From the IMG/VR virus record IMGVR_UViG_3300028805_000048: a stretch of DNA of 64,000 nt, one strand, 5' to 3'. The notes under the pieces were generated by a model. It did not search any database. It was not told where the DNA came from and was given only the letters and a program-made list of their open reading frames with translations. Each line of letters begins with the position of its first letter. Within the stretch, counting starts at the first letter, position 1. Positions 1 to 10,256 of this stretch are shown here, piece by piece. This DNA comes from a virus (taxonomy: Duplodnaviria > Caudoviricetes). The translations under genes and the position numbers were made by a program.

Positions 1-1179
1 GACACTATCAAAAAAGATGGTCACGAAATTCCAGGTATTAAAAGAATGTATGACATTGCTCTTGCAGTGAAAGATTCTATTATGCAATGGGGTGGTCCTG
101 GTATTGGTAAATCTCAAGCCGTTCAACAGTGGAATGCTGAAAAGGTTGCTGAACTTAATAAGCGTATTGCAGCTGGTGAAAAGGTTAAACCTTGGGATCC
201 AACAGTATGTGATATCCGTTTAAGTATGAAGGAGCCAGTTGATATGGTTGGTGTTCCTATGCCTTCTAAGGATGAACATGGTAACGTAGTTACTGTTTGG
301 GCTACACCATCTGTATGGCCAAAAGGTGATAAGTTTTCTGGTGGTACAATCCACTTGGATGAAATGAACCAAGGTCAAGCAGCTATTCTTAATGCAGCTT
401 TCCAGCTGATTCAAGATAGACAGCTTGGTGAATACAAAGTACCTGAAGGGTATTTGATTATTGCATCATCTAACCCTCCAGCTTTCAATAACACAGTAAC
501 AGAATTATCTATTCCGTTATCAAACAGATTCAGTCACTTCAACATCGCTCCAGATTTTGATTCTTGGTTGAATTACAGAATGAATAACGGTGGTAATCTT
601 GATGTTATGACATTCTTAAAGACTCAAGGGTCACAGATGTTATACGACAATGATACCATGAAACAAAGAATTGGTTCTGAAGCTGATGCTTTGTATACAG
701 ATATTGCTGTTACACCAAGATCTTGGGAAGTAGTTGAAAAGGTATTAGCTTTGCCTGATGGATCTAAAGAAACAGGTGGATTCAGTATCGATGAAAAACA
801 AAGATATTGTACAGGTCGTTTAGGTCTTATATTGACAGCTAAAGTCTTTAACTATATTAAAGAGAAAGCTAAATATCAAGATTGGCGTGAAATCTTGGTT
901 GAAGGTAAAGACTTCAAATCTGAGGATATGAATGTATTCTGGGCTGTTCAGATGGCTTGTATGTCAGCAATGATTAACGAAAAGGATAATGATAAATGTC
1001 GTCAATATATCTTGAACTTCATTAAGGCTACAAGAAATCTTAAGTCTGATGCAAACAAGGTAATTAATGTATCAAGCTTAGCTAGAGCTGATAGAATTAC
1101 TTCAACTCCAGGTTTATTCGCTCCTCTTAAGGATTGCTTAGACTTGATTCAATTAGCTACAAAGGCTATTAAATCATAA
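1..1179 (+). CDS. MoxR-like AAA+ ATPase (frame open from window start, probably 5'-partial)
   Basis: Walker A GGPGIGKS, Walker B HLDEMN, SNPP and LSNRF motifs, TPRSWE; next to a VWA gene. Confidence 0.85.
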   Translation, partial: DTIKKDGHEIPGIKRMYDIALAVKDSIMQWGGPGIGKSQAVQQWNAEKVAELNKRIAAGEKVKPWDPTVCDIRLSMKEPVDMVGVPMPSKDEHGNVVTVWATPSVWPKGDKFSGGTIHLDEMNQGQAAILNAAFQLIQDRQLGEYKVPEGYLIIASSNPPAFNNTVTELSIPLSNRFSHFNIAPDFDSWLNYRMNNGGNLDVMTFLKTQGSQMLYDNDTMKQRIGSEADALYTDIAVTPRSWEVVEKVLALPDGSKETGGFSIDEKQRYCTGRLGLILTAKVFNYIKEKAKYQDWREILVEGKDFKSEDMNVFWAVQMACMSAMINEKDNDKCRQYILNFIKATRNLKSDANKVINVSSLARADRITSTPGLFAPLKDCLDLIQLATKAIKS

Positions 1180-1206
1180 TCAATAAATAAGTCTTTATGT
1201 TAAAAC

Positions 1207-1241
1207 GTGAAGAGATTGGATACATCGTCTAATCTCTTCAC
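1207..1241 (+). terminator. Stem-loop after the AAA gene
   Basis: gtgaagagattgga...tctaatctcttcac inverted repeat; weak U tail. Confidence 0.5.
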
Positions 1242-1276
1242 ATACTTTCTAACCACAAAACGAAAGGAACAAAATC

Positions 1277-1699
1277 ATGTATATGGATGTTAATCAAGAT
1301 GAATATGTTGTAAGACAGAATGATCATCTTCTAATCTTTCAGTGCTATATAAATGACATGACACTGGAGGAGAATACATTTACGCGACCATGTGCATCTA
1401 TTTATAAAGCAACTAAGTTTAGTTCTGTTGAAGAAGCTAAAAACGAAATAAACAAAGTAAAAGCACAAGATTTATCTGATATTGAAGTTGTGCAGATAAA
1501 AGATATTGTTGCTGAACAAAAAGCTAAAGCTGATAAAGAGTCAGATGAAATGATTAAGAATGCTTGGCGAAATACTTCTAGAGCTAAACAAGAAGAAATG
1601 CTTGAAAACCTTAGAAATAATAAAGGTGAAGAAGCAGTTCAAGAATGGCTTGATAAATATGGTCCATTAAATGAAATCGATGATTCAGAAACAGTATAA
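1277..1699 (+). CDS. Hypothetical protein
   Basis: 140 aa ORF with GAAAGGA RBS. Confidence 0.75.
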   Translation: MYMDVNQDEYVVRQNDHLLIFQCYINDMTLEENTFTRPCASIYKATKFSSVEEAKNEINKVKAQDLSDIEVVQIKDIVAEQKAKADKESDEMIKNAWRNTSRAKQEEMLENLRNNKGEEAVQEWLDKYGPLNEIDDSETV

Positions 1700-1713
1700 G
1701 AAAGGAGGTTACA

Positions 1714-3141
1714 ATGAGTGGTAATGTATCTAAACTCGTTAATGATGCTATGATTGAAATGATTGTATTGTTTCCAACATTAGCATATACAATGTCAAGA
1801 ATAGGTATTAACGTTGTAAACAAACCAGAAATAAATGCTTGTGCTTATACTGATGGTACAGGAATTTATATCAATGAGTATGCTATTGAAAAGATGAATG
1901 AAATGGGAACTGAAGTTGGTAATAACGGTAAAACATATAATGTTACTATCAACAAAGGTAATGTCATCTTCATATTAGCTCATGAATTGATGCACTTGTT
2001 GAATAATACTTGGTCAAGAGGTGAAGCAATTGGTGTTTATTCAGATGACTTTAGTGCTAAAGGTAAAGCTAGAAATGAATTATGGAATATAGCTACAGAC
2101 TATGAAATTAATTCATTGCTTTATCATAATCAATCTACTGATAGTTTAGGTAGAAGTTCGAGTAAACCTGTTGGTAATAAACCAGAATGGTGTTTGTATG
2201 ATGATAAATATAGAGATGTTCCTGCTGAAAAGATTTTTGCTGAACTTCTTAATAACATGCAAACTAACAGTAATGGTTCAATGTCATTAGAATCTGGTGG
2301 GATGTCATTTACGTTTGATGATGATCAGAACAATGGTCAAGGTCAATCTAACAGTCAATCTGGTCAAGGTCAAAATAATAACGGTCAACAAGGTAATGGT
2401 AAAAAGCAATCTAATGGTTTAACATATGGTCTTGATAAGCACATGCCTTACGTTGATGAACAGACTAAAGCTGAAGTTGCTGCTAAGATTGGTGATGCTT
2501 TAGCTCAATCTGGAAATGGTCAAGGAACAGGTATGTCTGCTTTTGATAGAGCATTAGAGATTCTGTTTAAACCACAACCATTCAATTGGAGACGTGCTCT
2601 TACAAGATATATGAAGTCTTTTGTTAAAGATAATTATACTTGGAATAAACCTTCAAGAGCTGGTATTGCTAATAACCTTATCTTGCCTTCATCTTCAAAG
2701 ATGCCTAAATTACATGTTGCGATAGCAGTTGATACTTCTGGTTCAATTGGTAATCCTGAATTAACATTGTTGTTAAATCATGTATTTACAATCTTAAATC
2801 AATTCAAAGCATTTCAAGTAGATGTATGGTGTTGTAGTACACAGGTTCATGAAGAAACCTTTACAACATATACATCTGCTAACAAGAATGAATTAAGGAA
2901 TTTCAAGATGGCATCAGATGGTGGTACAGATATGTCTGCAAATCTTCCGTTCATTAAGAAGAAATATTCTGGACAAATGCCTGATGTTGTAATGATATTT
3001 ACGGATGGGTTCGATGATTTATCTGGTGATACAACTACTAGAACAAATTATCCAATCTTATGGTTGATTGTTGATAACAAAAACTTCAAGAAACCAGCAT
3101 TGATTCCAGGTGCTGTTTATGAATTCAACACCGATGCTTAG
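1714..3141 (+). CDS. Metallopeptidase-like plus VWA domain protein (DUF2201-like)
   Basis: AYTDG, HELMH zinc motif, WNIATDYEIN, G/Q/N-rich linker, MIDAS DTSGS, GGTD, FTDG. Confidence 0.85.
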   Translation: MSGNVSKLVNDAMIEMIVLFPTLAYTMSRIGINVVNKPEINACAYTDGTGIYINEYAIEKMNEMGTEVGNNGKTYNVTINKGNVIFILAHELMHLLNNTWSRGEAIGVYSDDFSAKGKARNELWNIATDYEINSLLYHNQSTDSLGRSSSKPVGNKPEWCLYDDKYRDVPAEKIFAELLNNMQTNSNGSMSLESGGMSFTFDDDQNNGQGQSNSQSGQGQNNNGQQGNGKKQSNGLTYGLDKHMPYVDEQTKAEVAAKIGDALAQSGNGQGTGMSAFDRALEILFKPQPFNWRRALTRYMKSFVKDNYTWNKPSRAGIANNLILPSSSKMPKLHVAIAVDTSGSIGNPELTLLLNHVFTILNQFKAFQVDVWCCSTQVHEETFTTYTSANKNELRNFKMASDGGTDMSANLPFIKKKYSGQMPDVVMIFTDGFDDLSGDTTTRTNYPILWLIVDNKNFKKPALIPGAVYEFNTDA

Positions 3142-3149
3142 GATAAACA

Positions 3150-3182
3150 AGAAGGTATCAGGTTTAATGCTTGATACCTTCT
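3150..3182 (+). terminator. Terminator-like hairpin
   Basis: agaaggtatcagg...cttgataccttct. Confidence 0.55.
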
Positions 3183-3201
3183 AACTTTAAACTGAAGGAG
3201 A

Positions 3202-3753
3202 ATGGTTATGACGTCAGAAGTTAAAGAAGTAGTTTTAAGTACATGGAAAAGAATATATGAAGCTTGGAAAAACCATAATCTTAAATCATTAGATGAATAT
3301 GATTTAAGATATCGTATTATTGCTTTTCATACTTTCCATGAGATAGTAGATTCTTATGCTGATTGGATAGCACACAATGGTAAGAAAATAGATTGTGCTC
3401 CAGATACTCAGAAGATATATAAAGATTGTTATGAATGTACATATCGTACTCTCAAAATAGAGAAAGAAGAAAAGATGCGTCAAGTTATCTGTCAGTACAA
3501 TAATTCCATGGATGAAGTCCTTGAAGAATTTGGTATAGGTCGTATTACTTATGGTAATAACATATCTTATAGAGTAACAAATCTAAATAAGTTTTTCTTA
3601 AAAGTATGGGATGAGTATTTAGACAAACGTATCCAAGAACTTGGTATCAAAGGTCTTAAACTTAAAGATAGAAAGAAAGTAACTTGTAATTCACACGAGT
3701 TATTTGATTTCAAAGATGCTGAATTTGGTGTAACTGAAACTAAGGAGGAATGA
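3202..3753 (+). CDS. Hypothetical protein
   Basis: 183 aa ORF with RBS. Confidence 0.7.
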   Translation: MVMTSEVKEVVLSTWKRIYEAWKNHNLKSLDEYDLRYRIIAFHTFHEIVDSYADWIAHNGKKIDCAPDTQKIYKDCYECTYRTLKIEKEEKMRQVICQYNNSMDEVLEEFGIGRITYGNNISYRVTNLNKFFLKVWDEYLDKRIQELGIKGLKLKDRKKVTCNSHELFDFKDAEFGVTETKEE

Positions 3754-4049
3754 CTATGGAAAATAATTCCGATATAGAAAAGCTTAAAAATTATCTTGAA
3801 AAAAGAATTAACAATGAACTTCGTGACCTTCATGCTAGTTATTTTGTTAAAATTGAAAAAAATTTATATAATAAGTTTTGGCGTATTAAAGTATATCCTG
3901 TAATAAATGAAAGACAAAATGTTGAATTTGGTTATTGTGCATTAGAAGATATATTAAGTGAAAACAATGTGACTAAAATGTTAGGTGAGTTTACTGTTGA
4001 TGAATTGAATAACTATATAACTCTATTAAAAATGAAAGGAGAAATTTAA
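3750..4049 (+). CDS. Small protein, C-terminal LxTxxKMKG motif family
   Basis: Ends NNYITLLKMKGEI. Confidence 0.75.
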   Translation: MTMENNSDIEKLKNYLEKRINNELRDLHASYFVKIEKNLYNKFWRIKVYPVINERQNVEFGYCALEDILSENNVTKMLGEFTVDELNNYITLLKMKGEI

Positions 4050-4064
4050 TAATTAGAAATTAAT

Positions 4065-4096
4065 GGCTTTACTTTATCTAATAAGTAGTTTATTTT
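4065..4096 (+). promoter_or_regulatory. Sigma70-like early promoter
   Basis: GGC-TTTACT-N17-TATTTT. Confidence 0.65.
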
Positions 4097-4121
4097 AATA
4101 ATCATTGAAAGGAGAAAACAT

Positions 4122-4808
4122 ATGGCTTTAAGCGATGAAATAGAAGCAAAGCAAAGAGCTAAAGATCTTTTTAATAGTCTTTGGGATAAAGCTTCTGAAG
4201 ATGAACGTAGATATTTAATACAGCATACTCTAGATACAGAAGGTCCTGATGCTGTTAAAGAATTATTTAGTCCAGCGTTTGTAGGAATAGTTGAAAGTAT
4301 GATTACTGCTGTTCCAGCTAAAGAAGAAGTAAAAGAAAATGAACCTAAAATATCATTGAATGGGATACCTGTAACTCTTGATCAATTGAAAGAAATATTA
4401 CCTTCTCATGAATGTGATGAAGATGGTAATGAAATCTATGTCAAAGAAGAATATCTTAAAGTAGATGATTCTGTTGACAAAGACAATACTTATGTTGTTC
4501 TTGGTTGGATGGATTGGCCAGGTGGTGAATCATTCATTAAAGATATAGATTTAAATAATCTTAAAGCTCAAATTGACAATGGAATTCGTGATTCAGAAGT
4601 TTTAATAGCTAACATTGAATTAACTGATGAAGCTTCTGATGGAGGTTTCTTACAAGCTAAACATTTTACAAAAAATGAAGCAGAAGATATTGTCAATCTT
4701 TTGAATAGTGTAACATGTACTGACACAGCAAATCCAATAATGCTTGGTGAAAATGATAACGCTGCTATTAGTATAGCAGATTATCTTAAAGAAGCCAATA
4801 GTATTTAG
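4122..4808 (+). CDS. Acidic hypothetical protein
   Basis: 228 aa ORF with strong RBS. Confidence 0.75.
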   Translation: MALSDEIEAKQRAKDLFNSLWDKASEDERRYLIQHTLDTEGPDAVKELFSPAFVGIVESMITAVPAKEEVKENEPKISLNGIPVTLDQLKEILPSHECDEDGNEIYVKEEYLKVDDSVDKDNTYVVLGWMDWPGGESFIKDIDLNNLKAQIDNGIRDSEVLIANIELTDEASDGGFLQAKHFTKNEAEDIVNLLNSVTCTDTANPIMLGENDNAAISIADYLKEANSI

Positions 4809-4865
4809 ATATTGTTTATTATTATGTTTTTGTTTTAATTTAATTTTATTGAAAGGAAATATATC

Positions 4866-5276
4866 ATGTTTAATGTAATTCGTAAAAATGGTTCTCAAAT
4901 CAAAGCTTCTTTTAAAACAGAAGATGAAGCTAAACAGTTTTTAGCTGATATGGGAATGCAGCGTAACTTCTTTAAAGTCGAAGAAGTAAAAGAACCTGTA
5001 TCCACAAAGAAAAAGATTTCAGTATCTTCTATAAGCGATGATGTATTCACAGATGCTGTAGAGATTACAAGAGCTAACGTTAAATACTTTTATAAGAAAG
5101 AAGGTCTTATTCGCGTTGTAAATCAGAATGGTAAAGTACTACATACTGGTAAGACAACTAATATGGGTAAGGTCTTTAGTAACTACGTAAATTGTGCAAG
5201 ATATAATCAATCATATGATTTTAATCTTGAAGGTGGAGACAGATTATTCTTTAAAGAAATGTCTCTTGAATCATAA
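4866..5276 (+). CDS. Hypothetical protein
   Basis: 136 aa ORF with RBS. Confidence 0.75.
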   Translation: MFNVIRKNGSQIKASFKTEDEAKQFLADMGMQRNFFKVEEVKEPVSTKKKISVSSISDDVFTDAVEITRANVKYFYKKEGLIRVVNQNGKVLHTGKTTNMGKVFSNYVNCARYNQSYDFNLEGGDRLFFKEMSLES

Positions 5277-5295
5277 TTTAAGATAATAAAATTTA

Positions 5296-5364
5296 ACCGT
5301 AGAATAGTCAAGTTTGGTTTTATGTAGGTTTTAACATGGAAATCAAATAAGATTATTCTACGGT
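5296..5364 (+). repeat. Long intergenic hairpin related to the one at 56137-56218
   Basis: accgtagaatagtc...gattattctacggt. Confidence 0.7.
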
Positions 5365-5398
5365 AAAAAAAAATCTAATTCTTAGAAAGGAGTTTATC

Positions 5399-5692
5399 AT
5401 GGCACTTTTAGATACATATAAACCAATGCAAGAATACATTACAAATTATCTTAATTCAAAGACTGGTTTTAATTTTAAGATTGTTGTTTTTAGTAAACTT
5501 AATCGAATTGCGATATGTATTGATTGTTATGATTCTAACAAGCCTTTTAACTATTTTATAGAGAAACTTCAAGAATTAAAAATAGACTTTGTAATTGAAC
5601 CAAACAATGGTTTTGAAGATGAGTATATTACATTAACAGAAGATGAATATCTTAAACTATATACTTCATGTAGTTTACAAAATAAACTTTAA
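5399..5692 (+). CDS. Small protein, C-terminal motif family (divergent)
   Basis: Ends YLKLYTSCSLQNKL. Confidence 0.7.
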   Translation: MALLDTYKPMQEYITNYLNSKTGFNFKIVVFSKLNRIAICIDCYDSNKPFNYFIEKLQELKIDFVIEPNNGFEDEYITLTEDEYLKLYTSCSLQNKL

Positions 5693-5701
5693 AAAAGAGA
5701 G

Positions 5702-6040
5702 GTGATGATCATGTGGCTTACATATACTACTGGTTTACGTGAAGAAGATAGATTATGTAGATCTGCTAATCAATTATTCTTTAATGTTACAAATATGCCA
5801 ACAGATGTTTTTAGACGTGGTACAAGATATACTGATTGTATTAGTAATCCAAATATGTTTGTGATCATACCTGGTTATTGTAGTACAGAAACAATGAAAA
5901 TCTGTGCTGTTCAGCAATTAAGAAGCAGAATATATAATGAGTGTGGAATGCTTCTTGGAGGAAGTGAAACAGCTTTTCTTGAATGTACAAAAGAACAGCT
6001 TGAAGAAATATTAACTGTCTTTAAAATGAAAGGATACTGA
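5702..6040 (+). CDS. Small protein, C-terminal motif family
   Basis: Ends EEILTVFKMKGY. Confidence 0.75.
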   Translation: MMIMWLTYTTGLREEDRLCRSANQLFFNVTNMPTDVFRRGTRYTDCISNPNMFVIIPGYCSTETMKICAVQQLRSRIYNECGMLLGGSETAFLECTKEQLEEILTVFKMKGY

Positions 6041-6041
6041 T

Positions 6042-6404
6042 ATGGATGACAAAGATTATGTTATAAAGAAATGGTATCTTAATAATGATGGTATTTCTTT
6101 AACAATATATTTTAGAAGAAACGATATATTTTATGGATTTAATTGGTCAATGAAATTAGGCTTTGATTACTTATCAGGTAATATTATATTTCCTGCATCT
6201 AATTTTGGTTGTGTTTCTTCTGAAGCTGGAACATATAGAAAACATCACACTAAAGAAGAAACTGAAAATTTCTATAAAGAATTATTAAATCATATGGATA
6301 TTACCGAATACGAATATCATGATGGAGATAAACCTTATTGTATTATAAGTACAGATGTTTATAAAAATCTTTTAACTATCTGGAAAATGAAAGGAAGGTG
6401 TTGA
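6042..6404 (+). CDS. Small protein, C-terminal motif family
   Basis: Ends KNLLTIWKMKGRC. Confidence 0.75.
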   Translation: MDDKDYVIKKWYLNNDGISLTIYFRRNDIFYGFNWSMKLGFDYLSGNIIFPASNFGCVSSEAGTYRKHHTKEETENFYKELLNHMDITEYEYHDGDKPYCIISTDVYKNLLTIWKMKGRC

Positions 6405-6405
6405 T

Positions 6406-6726
6406 ATGACTGGTAAAGAATTTGAAGCTTGTGTTTTGTTAGAAAATGTTTTTCATCAAACACTGCGCACTATATGTCCCGATATTTCTCAACATCATTA
6501 TGATATACTTACAGACGATTGTGATGAATACATAAAATTTAAACTTTATGTTAGTGGAGGATTTAAACAAGTATGGTATTCACGAAAATTAATTCAATAT
6601 TTAAATAAAGAATTAAGTGGTATACATATGGATTATGATAAAGATAATTATCTCAAAGGATTTCTCATTAAAAGAAAAGATATTTATAATGTTGTAACAT
6701 ATTACAGAATGCGAGATGTAATATGA
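6406..6726 (+). CDS. Small protein, C-terminal motif family
   Basis: Ends YNVVTYYRMRDVI. Confidence 0.7.
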   Translation: MTGKEFEACVLLENVFHQTLRTICPDISQHHYDILTDDCDEYIKFKLYVSGGFKQVWYSRKLIQYLNKELSGIHMDYDKDNYLKGFLIKRKDIYNVVTYYRMRDVI

Positions 6727-7016
6727 ATATATATAAATTTAAAATGAGTATTAATAAAACCATTTGTGCTGTTGTAAGCCATCGCATATTATCTTTTTAT
6801 ATACAAAAGAGCTTTGATGATATTGGATATTTAACTTGGGATAATAATATTCGAGGTTTTAAATTATATTATCAAAACGAAGATAATAAAATGGATTTGT
6901 TAGCTTTTTTAGAAACAATTTGTGGTATACAAACTAAATATGATTCATACAACGTATGGATTACTTACGAAGATTATTTAAATCTTTTAACATTTCTTAA
7001 ATTGAAAGGAGAATAG
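6723..7016 (+). CDS. Small protein, C-terminal motif family
   Basis: Ends LNLLTFLKLKGE. Confidence 0.75.
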   Translation: MNIYKFKMSINKTICAVVSHRILSFYIQKSFDDIGYLTWDNNIRGFKLYYQNEDNKMDLLAFLETICGIQTKYDSYNVWITYEDYLNLLTFLKLKGE

Positions 7017-7018
7017 AG

Positions 7019-7852
7019 ATGGCTATTTGGATTGTAAATGGAAGTGAAAAGAAAAGATTAATTCAATGTAAGCGTAATGATATTGTTAATCGCAGTGATT
7101 CCAATATCGGAACTAGATTATGTTATTCTATATCAAGTATTTATGACAATGGGATATCTTATGGATCTGCTTATTTTAAAGATGACGCGTCAGAAGATGA
7201 AATGACTTATGGAAAATATGATTTTTTCGAATGTCAACAAATTGAATTAAAATTTAGTGATGAAGAATATTATAAGATTGGTACTAGTCAAAATGGATTA
7301 GGTGAATATGCTAATGTGCTAAATTATATATCGAAATCTGTTGGTAAAGATTTACTTTGTATTTATACAGAAAATACATTTGGGATGTTTATAGGTTTTT
7401 ATAGAGAACATGGTTTGAAAAGAAAACATAGGATTTTCGGTATCATTAAGGATTCTGTTAAATTTATACCCAATAAAAATAACAATGTTCCTGTAATAAC
7501 AAAAACACATAACCATAAGACATTTAAAGAATTCATTGCTCCAACCCTTTTAAATGATTTAAATTTGTTTAATGTGATTAATCACTCAGATGTTTCTAGA
7601 TTTAAATTTGAAAATGAGAATTTTATAAAAATTTATGTTGGAGGTAATAATGTTTGGCCACATGAAATACAAAAAGCTATCATTGAATGTTTACCAATGA
7701 TTAAAGAAAAATTATTTGCTGGTAAATTTAAGAAATTCTGTGAAGATTATAACGTCACTGATATTTCTTTATTAAAGAATATCATTGGCGAAGATAGAGA
7801 TCTAGAATTTGATATTTCAAATCTTGGAAAGGAGGAAGAAAATGAATCATGA
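7019..7852 (+). CDS. Hypothetical protein
   Basis: 277 aa ORF in operon. Confidence 0.75.
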   Translation: MAIWIVNGSEKKRLIQCKRNDIVNRSDSNIGTRLCYSISSIYDNGISYGSAYFKDDASEDEMTYGKYDFFECQQIELKFSDEEYYKIGTSQNGLGEYANVLNYISKSVGKDLLCIYTENTFGMFIGFYREHGLKRKHRIFGIIKDSVKFIPNKNNNVPVITKTHNHKTFKEFIAPTLLNDLNLFNVINHSDVSRFKFENENFIKIYVGGNNVWPHEIQKAIIECLPMIKEKLFAGKFKKFCEDYNVTDISLLKNIIGEDRDLEFDISNLGKEEENES

Positions 7853-8111
7853 TGTTTTAATGTTTGTTGAATTAAATCAAAGAATTAACTTTAATAATGA
7901 TTCATATAAACCTGGTATCATTTTAGATAAAGGTATATATGAAGTTATGGAATGGTCGCATCATAACCAAACACACGGTGAATATAAATATGATTATGTA
8001 GATCTTATTAAGGTTGATACTCGTGAACGTATTCACTTCATGTTATATCATCCAGAAAACTATAGTAATCTATTTACAGTTCATACAGAGTTTGTACCTG
8101 TATGTAGTTAA
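7842..8111 (+). CDS. Hypothetical protein
   Basis: Start moved to the ATG after AGGAGG RBS. Confidence 0.65.
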   Translation: MNHDVLMFVELNQRINFNNDSYKPGIILDKGIYEVMEWSHHNQTHGEYKYDYVDLIKVDTRERIHFMLYHPENYSNLFTVHTEFVPVCS

Positions 8112-8168
8112 ATGCTTGATATTATTATGTTTTTTTTAATTCTAACCACGTTTGAGAGGAGAAACACT

Positions 8169-8708
8169 ATGGGACAAAGAACACAACTCGTTGTAAAAGT
8201 TACTGAATGTATCGTATCTTATAACAATCCTAAACCAGAATTTAAAACACATACTGCATCATATCATAATCAATGGGGATTAGCTAAGATGCAACTTAAA
8301 GATATCATTAATCTCTTAAATAGTTATATAGATTACAATGAGTATAAATTTCCTGATAAATTACATAAAGGATGGAAGTTAGATGAAGATGAGAAATGTA
8401 CTGATCTTACTCCAGAAGGTGTAGCAGAATATCTATCTCATCAAGATAATAATGATGGAGGAGCTTTCTTAGAAATAAATGTTAAACAAGGTGAAATTGT
8501 AAACGGTAATCTTATCTTATATTCAGATCCAGAATCTGAAAGAAGTTGTAAAATATATGGAGATAATATAGTACCTTATGTATCTCTTAAAAATTATATT
8601 AAGTTTCATCCTCATTATTATGATAAAGGATTTTATATGATGTTTCTTACAACATTAAAATATCATAACATCAAAATCATTACAAAACCTATTGACGAAG
8701 GAGAATAG
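8169..8708 (+). CDS. Hypothetical phage protein
   Basis: Start MGQRTQ after GAGAGGAG RBS. Confidence 0.7.
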   Translation: MGQRTQLVVKVTECIVSYNNPKPEFKTHTASYHNQWGLAKMQLKDIINLLNSYIDYNEYKFPDKLHKGWKLDEDEKCTDLTPEGVAEYLSHQDNNDGGAFLEINVKQGEIVNGNLILYSDPESERSCKIYGDNIVPYVSLKNYIKFHPHYYDKGFYMMFLTTLKYHNIKIITKPIDEGE

Positions 8709-8710
8709 AC

Positions 8711-9253
8711 ATGAGTTATGAAATCTATAAATCAGTAAAGCAATTAGTAGATGGTACTTTTGAAGTTGTATCTTCTTCTAGCAATGTGTATCCAAAAGAT
8801 TTTAGACAATGGAATATGAATTATTTCAACAAAGAATTTCCAACAGTTACTAATGAAGAGAAAAGAGCTCTTTGGATGCTTTTTTCAAGACATTGGGGTG
8901 ATAAGTTTTATCAATCTAATTGGAAGAATGATCAGAAACTTGCTAGTAAATTCTGTCAAGAAAAAGGATATGATACCTGGGAAGTAGCTCGTACAGATAA
9001 AGATCTATTTCTCAAATATGCTCAAGAGTTTATCGAATGGAAAAAAGATAAAGCTAAAATAAAGAAGCATGAATATGTTGTATCCATGATATTTGGCTTT
9101 TCTAGAGAATATGTTGGTAAGAAATCATCTAGACGTGTATGGCCTTCTTATAGCAAGAATGGTGCTAAAGTATTTAAAGCTGAAACATCTCAAGATGTTT
9201 TAAATCTTTTTTCTGGATATAGTTTATATGAACCACAAGTTGAGGAGATTTAA
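8711..9253 (+). CDS. Hypothetical protein
   Basis: 180 aa ORF with RBS. Confidence 0.75.
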   Translation: MSYEIYKSVKQLVDGTFEVVSSSSNVYPKDFRQWNMNYFNKEFPTVTNEEKRALWMLFSRHWGDKFYQSNWKNDQKLASKFCQEKGYDTWEVARTDKDLFLKYAQEFIEWKKDKAKIKKHEYVVSMIFGFSREYVGKKSSRRVWPSYSKNGAKVFKAETSQDVLNLFSGYSLYEPQVEEI

Positions 9254-9254
9254 T

Positions 9255-10139
9255 ATGACAAACAATATATTTTCTGGATATGATGAGAAAAGAATCAAAT
9301 ATGCTTTGTATTTTCATCGTGAAGGTCTTCGTGGAATAAACCAAGATGATCAATCGTTATATCGTGCTTTAGCTTTACACGTTGCTAAATCCCTTAATAG
9401 TAATTCAATATATACTTCTTCTGCTAATCCTGATTATAGAAGTGGTGAAGACGGTTTTGTATTCGAAGCTGTTCGTCTTAATATAGATAGAGAATATACT
9501 AAAACTTTACTTAAGAGTAATTATATGTCAGATTTTAGATCTAATCTAAAAAGTGTGTTAGATGAAGCCAAAAAAATTAATCCTAATATCATAGCTGTTG
9601 TATTAAAAAGTGATTGCGATATTTGTGATCTAAATGATATAGAAAACAAAGTGATTTATAGTAAAAGACCTTCTATTGTTTATGGAATTCTTGATACACC
9701 AGCGAAGTATTTAGAATCAAATGATAAGAATATAAAACCTGCAATATCTACATTTTCTAATATAGAAATGTATAAATCTTTAGTTTTATCTTCATTAGTA
9801 AACGATTTAAATAAATACAATGTATTTAATGAAAATTCATTTCAGCTAAAAGATGAAGATCTTAAACCTGAAGATATAGATATTGGTCAAGATAAATATG
9901 GTAATTTATATTTTCCTTTAGCTATGTCTGAAGAAATGCACAATGCTATACGTAATTATCTTAAAGATCAATTAAATACATTTATACGTTTATATAAAGA
10001 AGGTGAACTTTGTAATATCTTAGATAGACAAGGAATAGATGTTGAAAGATTTATATCTGACATTAGTAATTGCTATATACACAACAGACACTGTTGCGTA
10101 TCTCTTTTTATAGATATAAATAAAGTAATCAATAACTAA
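9255..10139 (+). CDS. Hypothetical protein
   Basis: Long ORF; start after GAGGAG RBS. Confidence 0.75.
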   Translation: MTNNIFSGYDEKRIKYALYFHREGLRGINQDDQSLYRALALHVAKSLNSNSIYTSSANPDYRSGEDGFVFEAVRLNIDREYTKTLLKSNYMSDFRSNLKSVLDEAKKINPNIIAVVLKSDCDICDLNDIENKVIYSKRPSIVYGILDTPAKYLESNDKNIKPAISTFSNIEMYKSLVLSSLVNDLNKYNVFNENSFQLKDEDLKPEDIDIGQDKYGNLYFPLAMSEEMHNAIRNYLKDQLNTFIRLYKEGELCNILDRQGIDVERFISDISNCYIHNRHCCVSLFIDINKVINN

Positions 10140-10171
10140 GGCTTTACTTTATCCCAAGTATAGTTTATTAT
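10140..10171 (+). promoter_or_regulatory. Sigma70-like early promoter
   Basis: GGC-TTTACT-N17-TATTAT. Confidence 0.7.
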
Positions 10172-10256
10172 TAGTATATCAAAAGATATGATATAATCTC
10201 CAAACAATTATTATGTTATTGTTTTAATTTAATTTTTTAGAAAGGAAGGTATTAAT

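Noticed and set aside
2320-2420. G/Q/N-rich repeat-like stretch
   Set aside because: Low-complexity linker typical of this VWA family, not a DNA repeat element.
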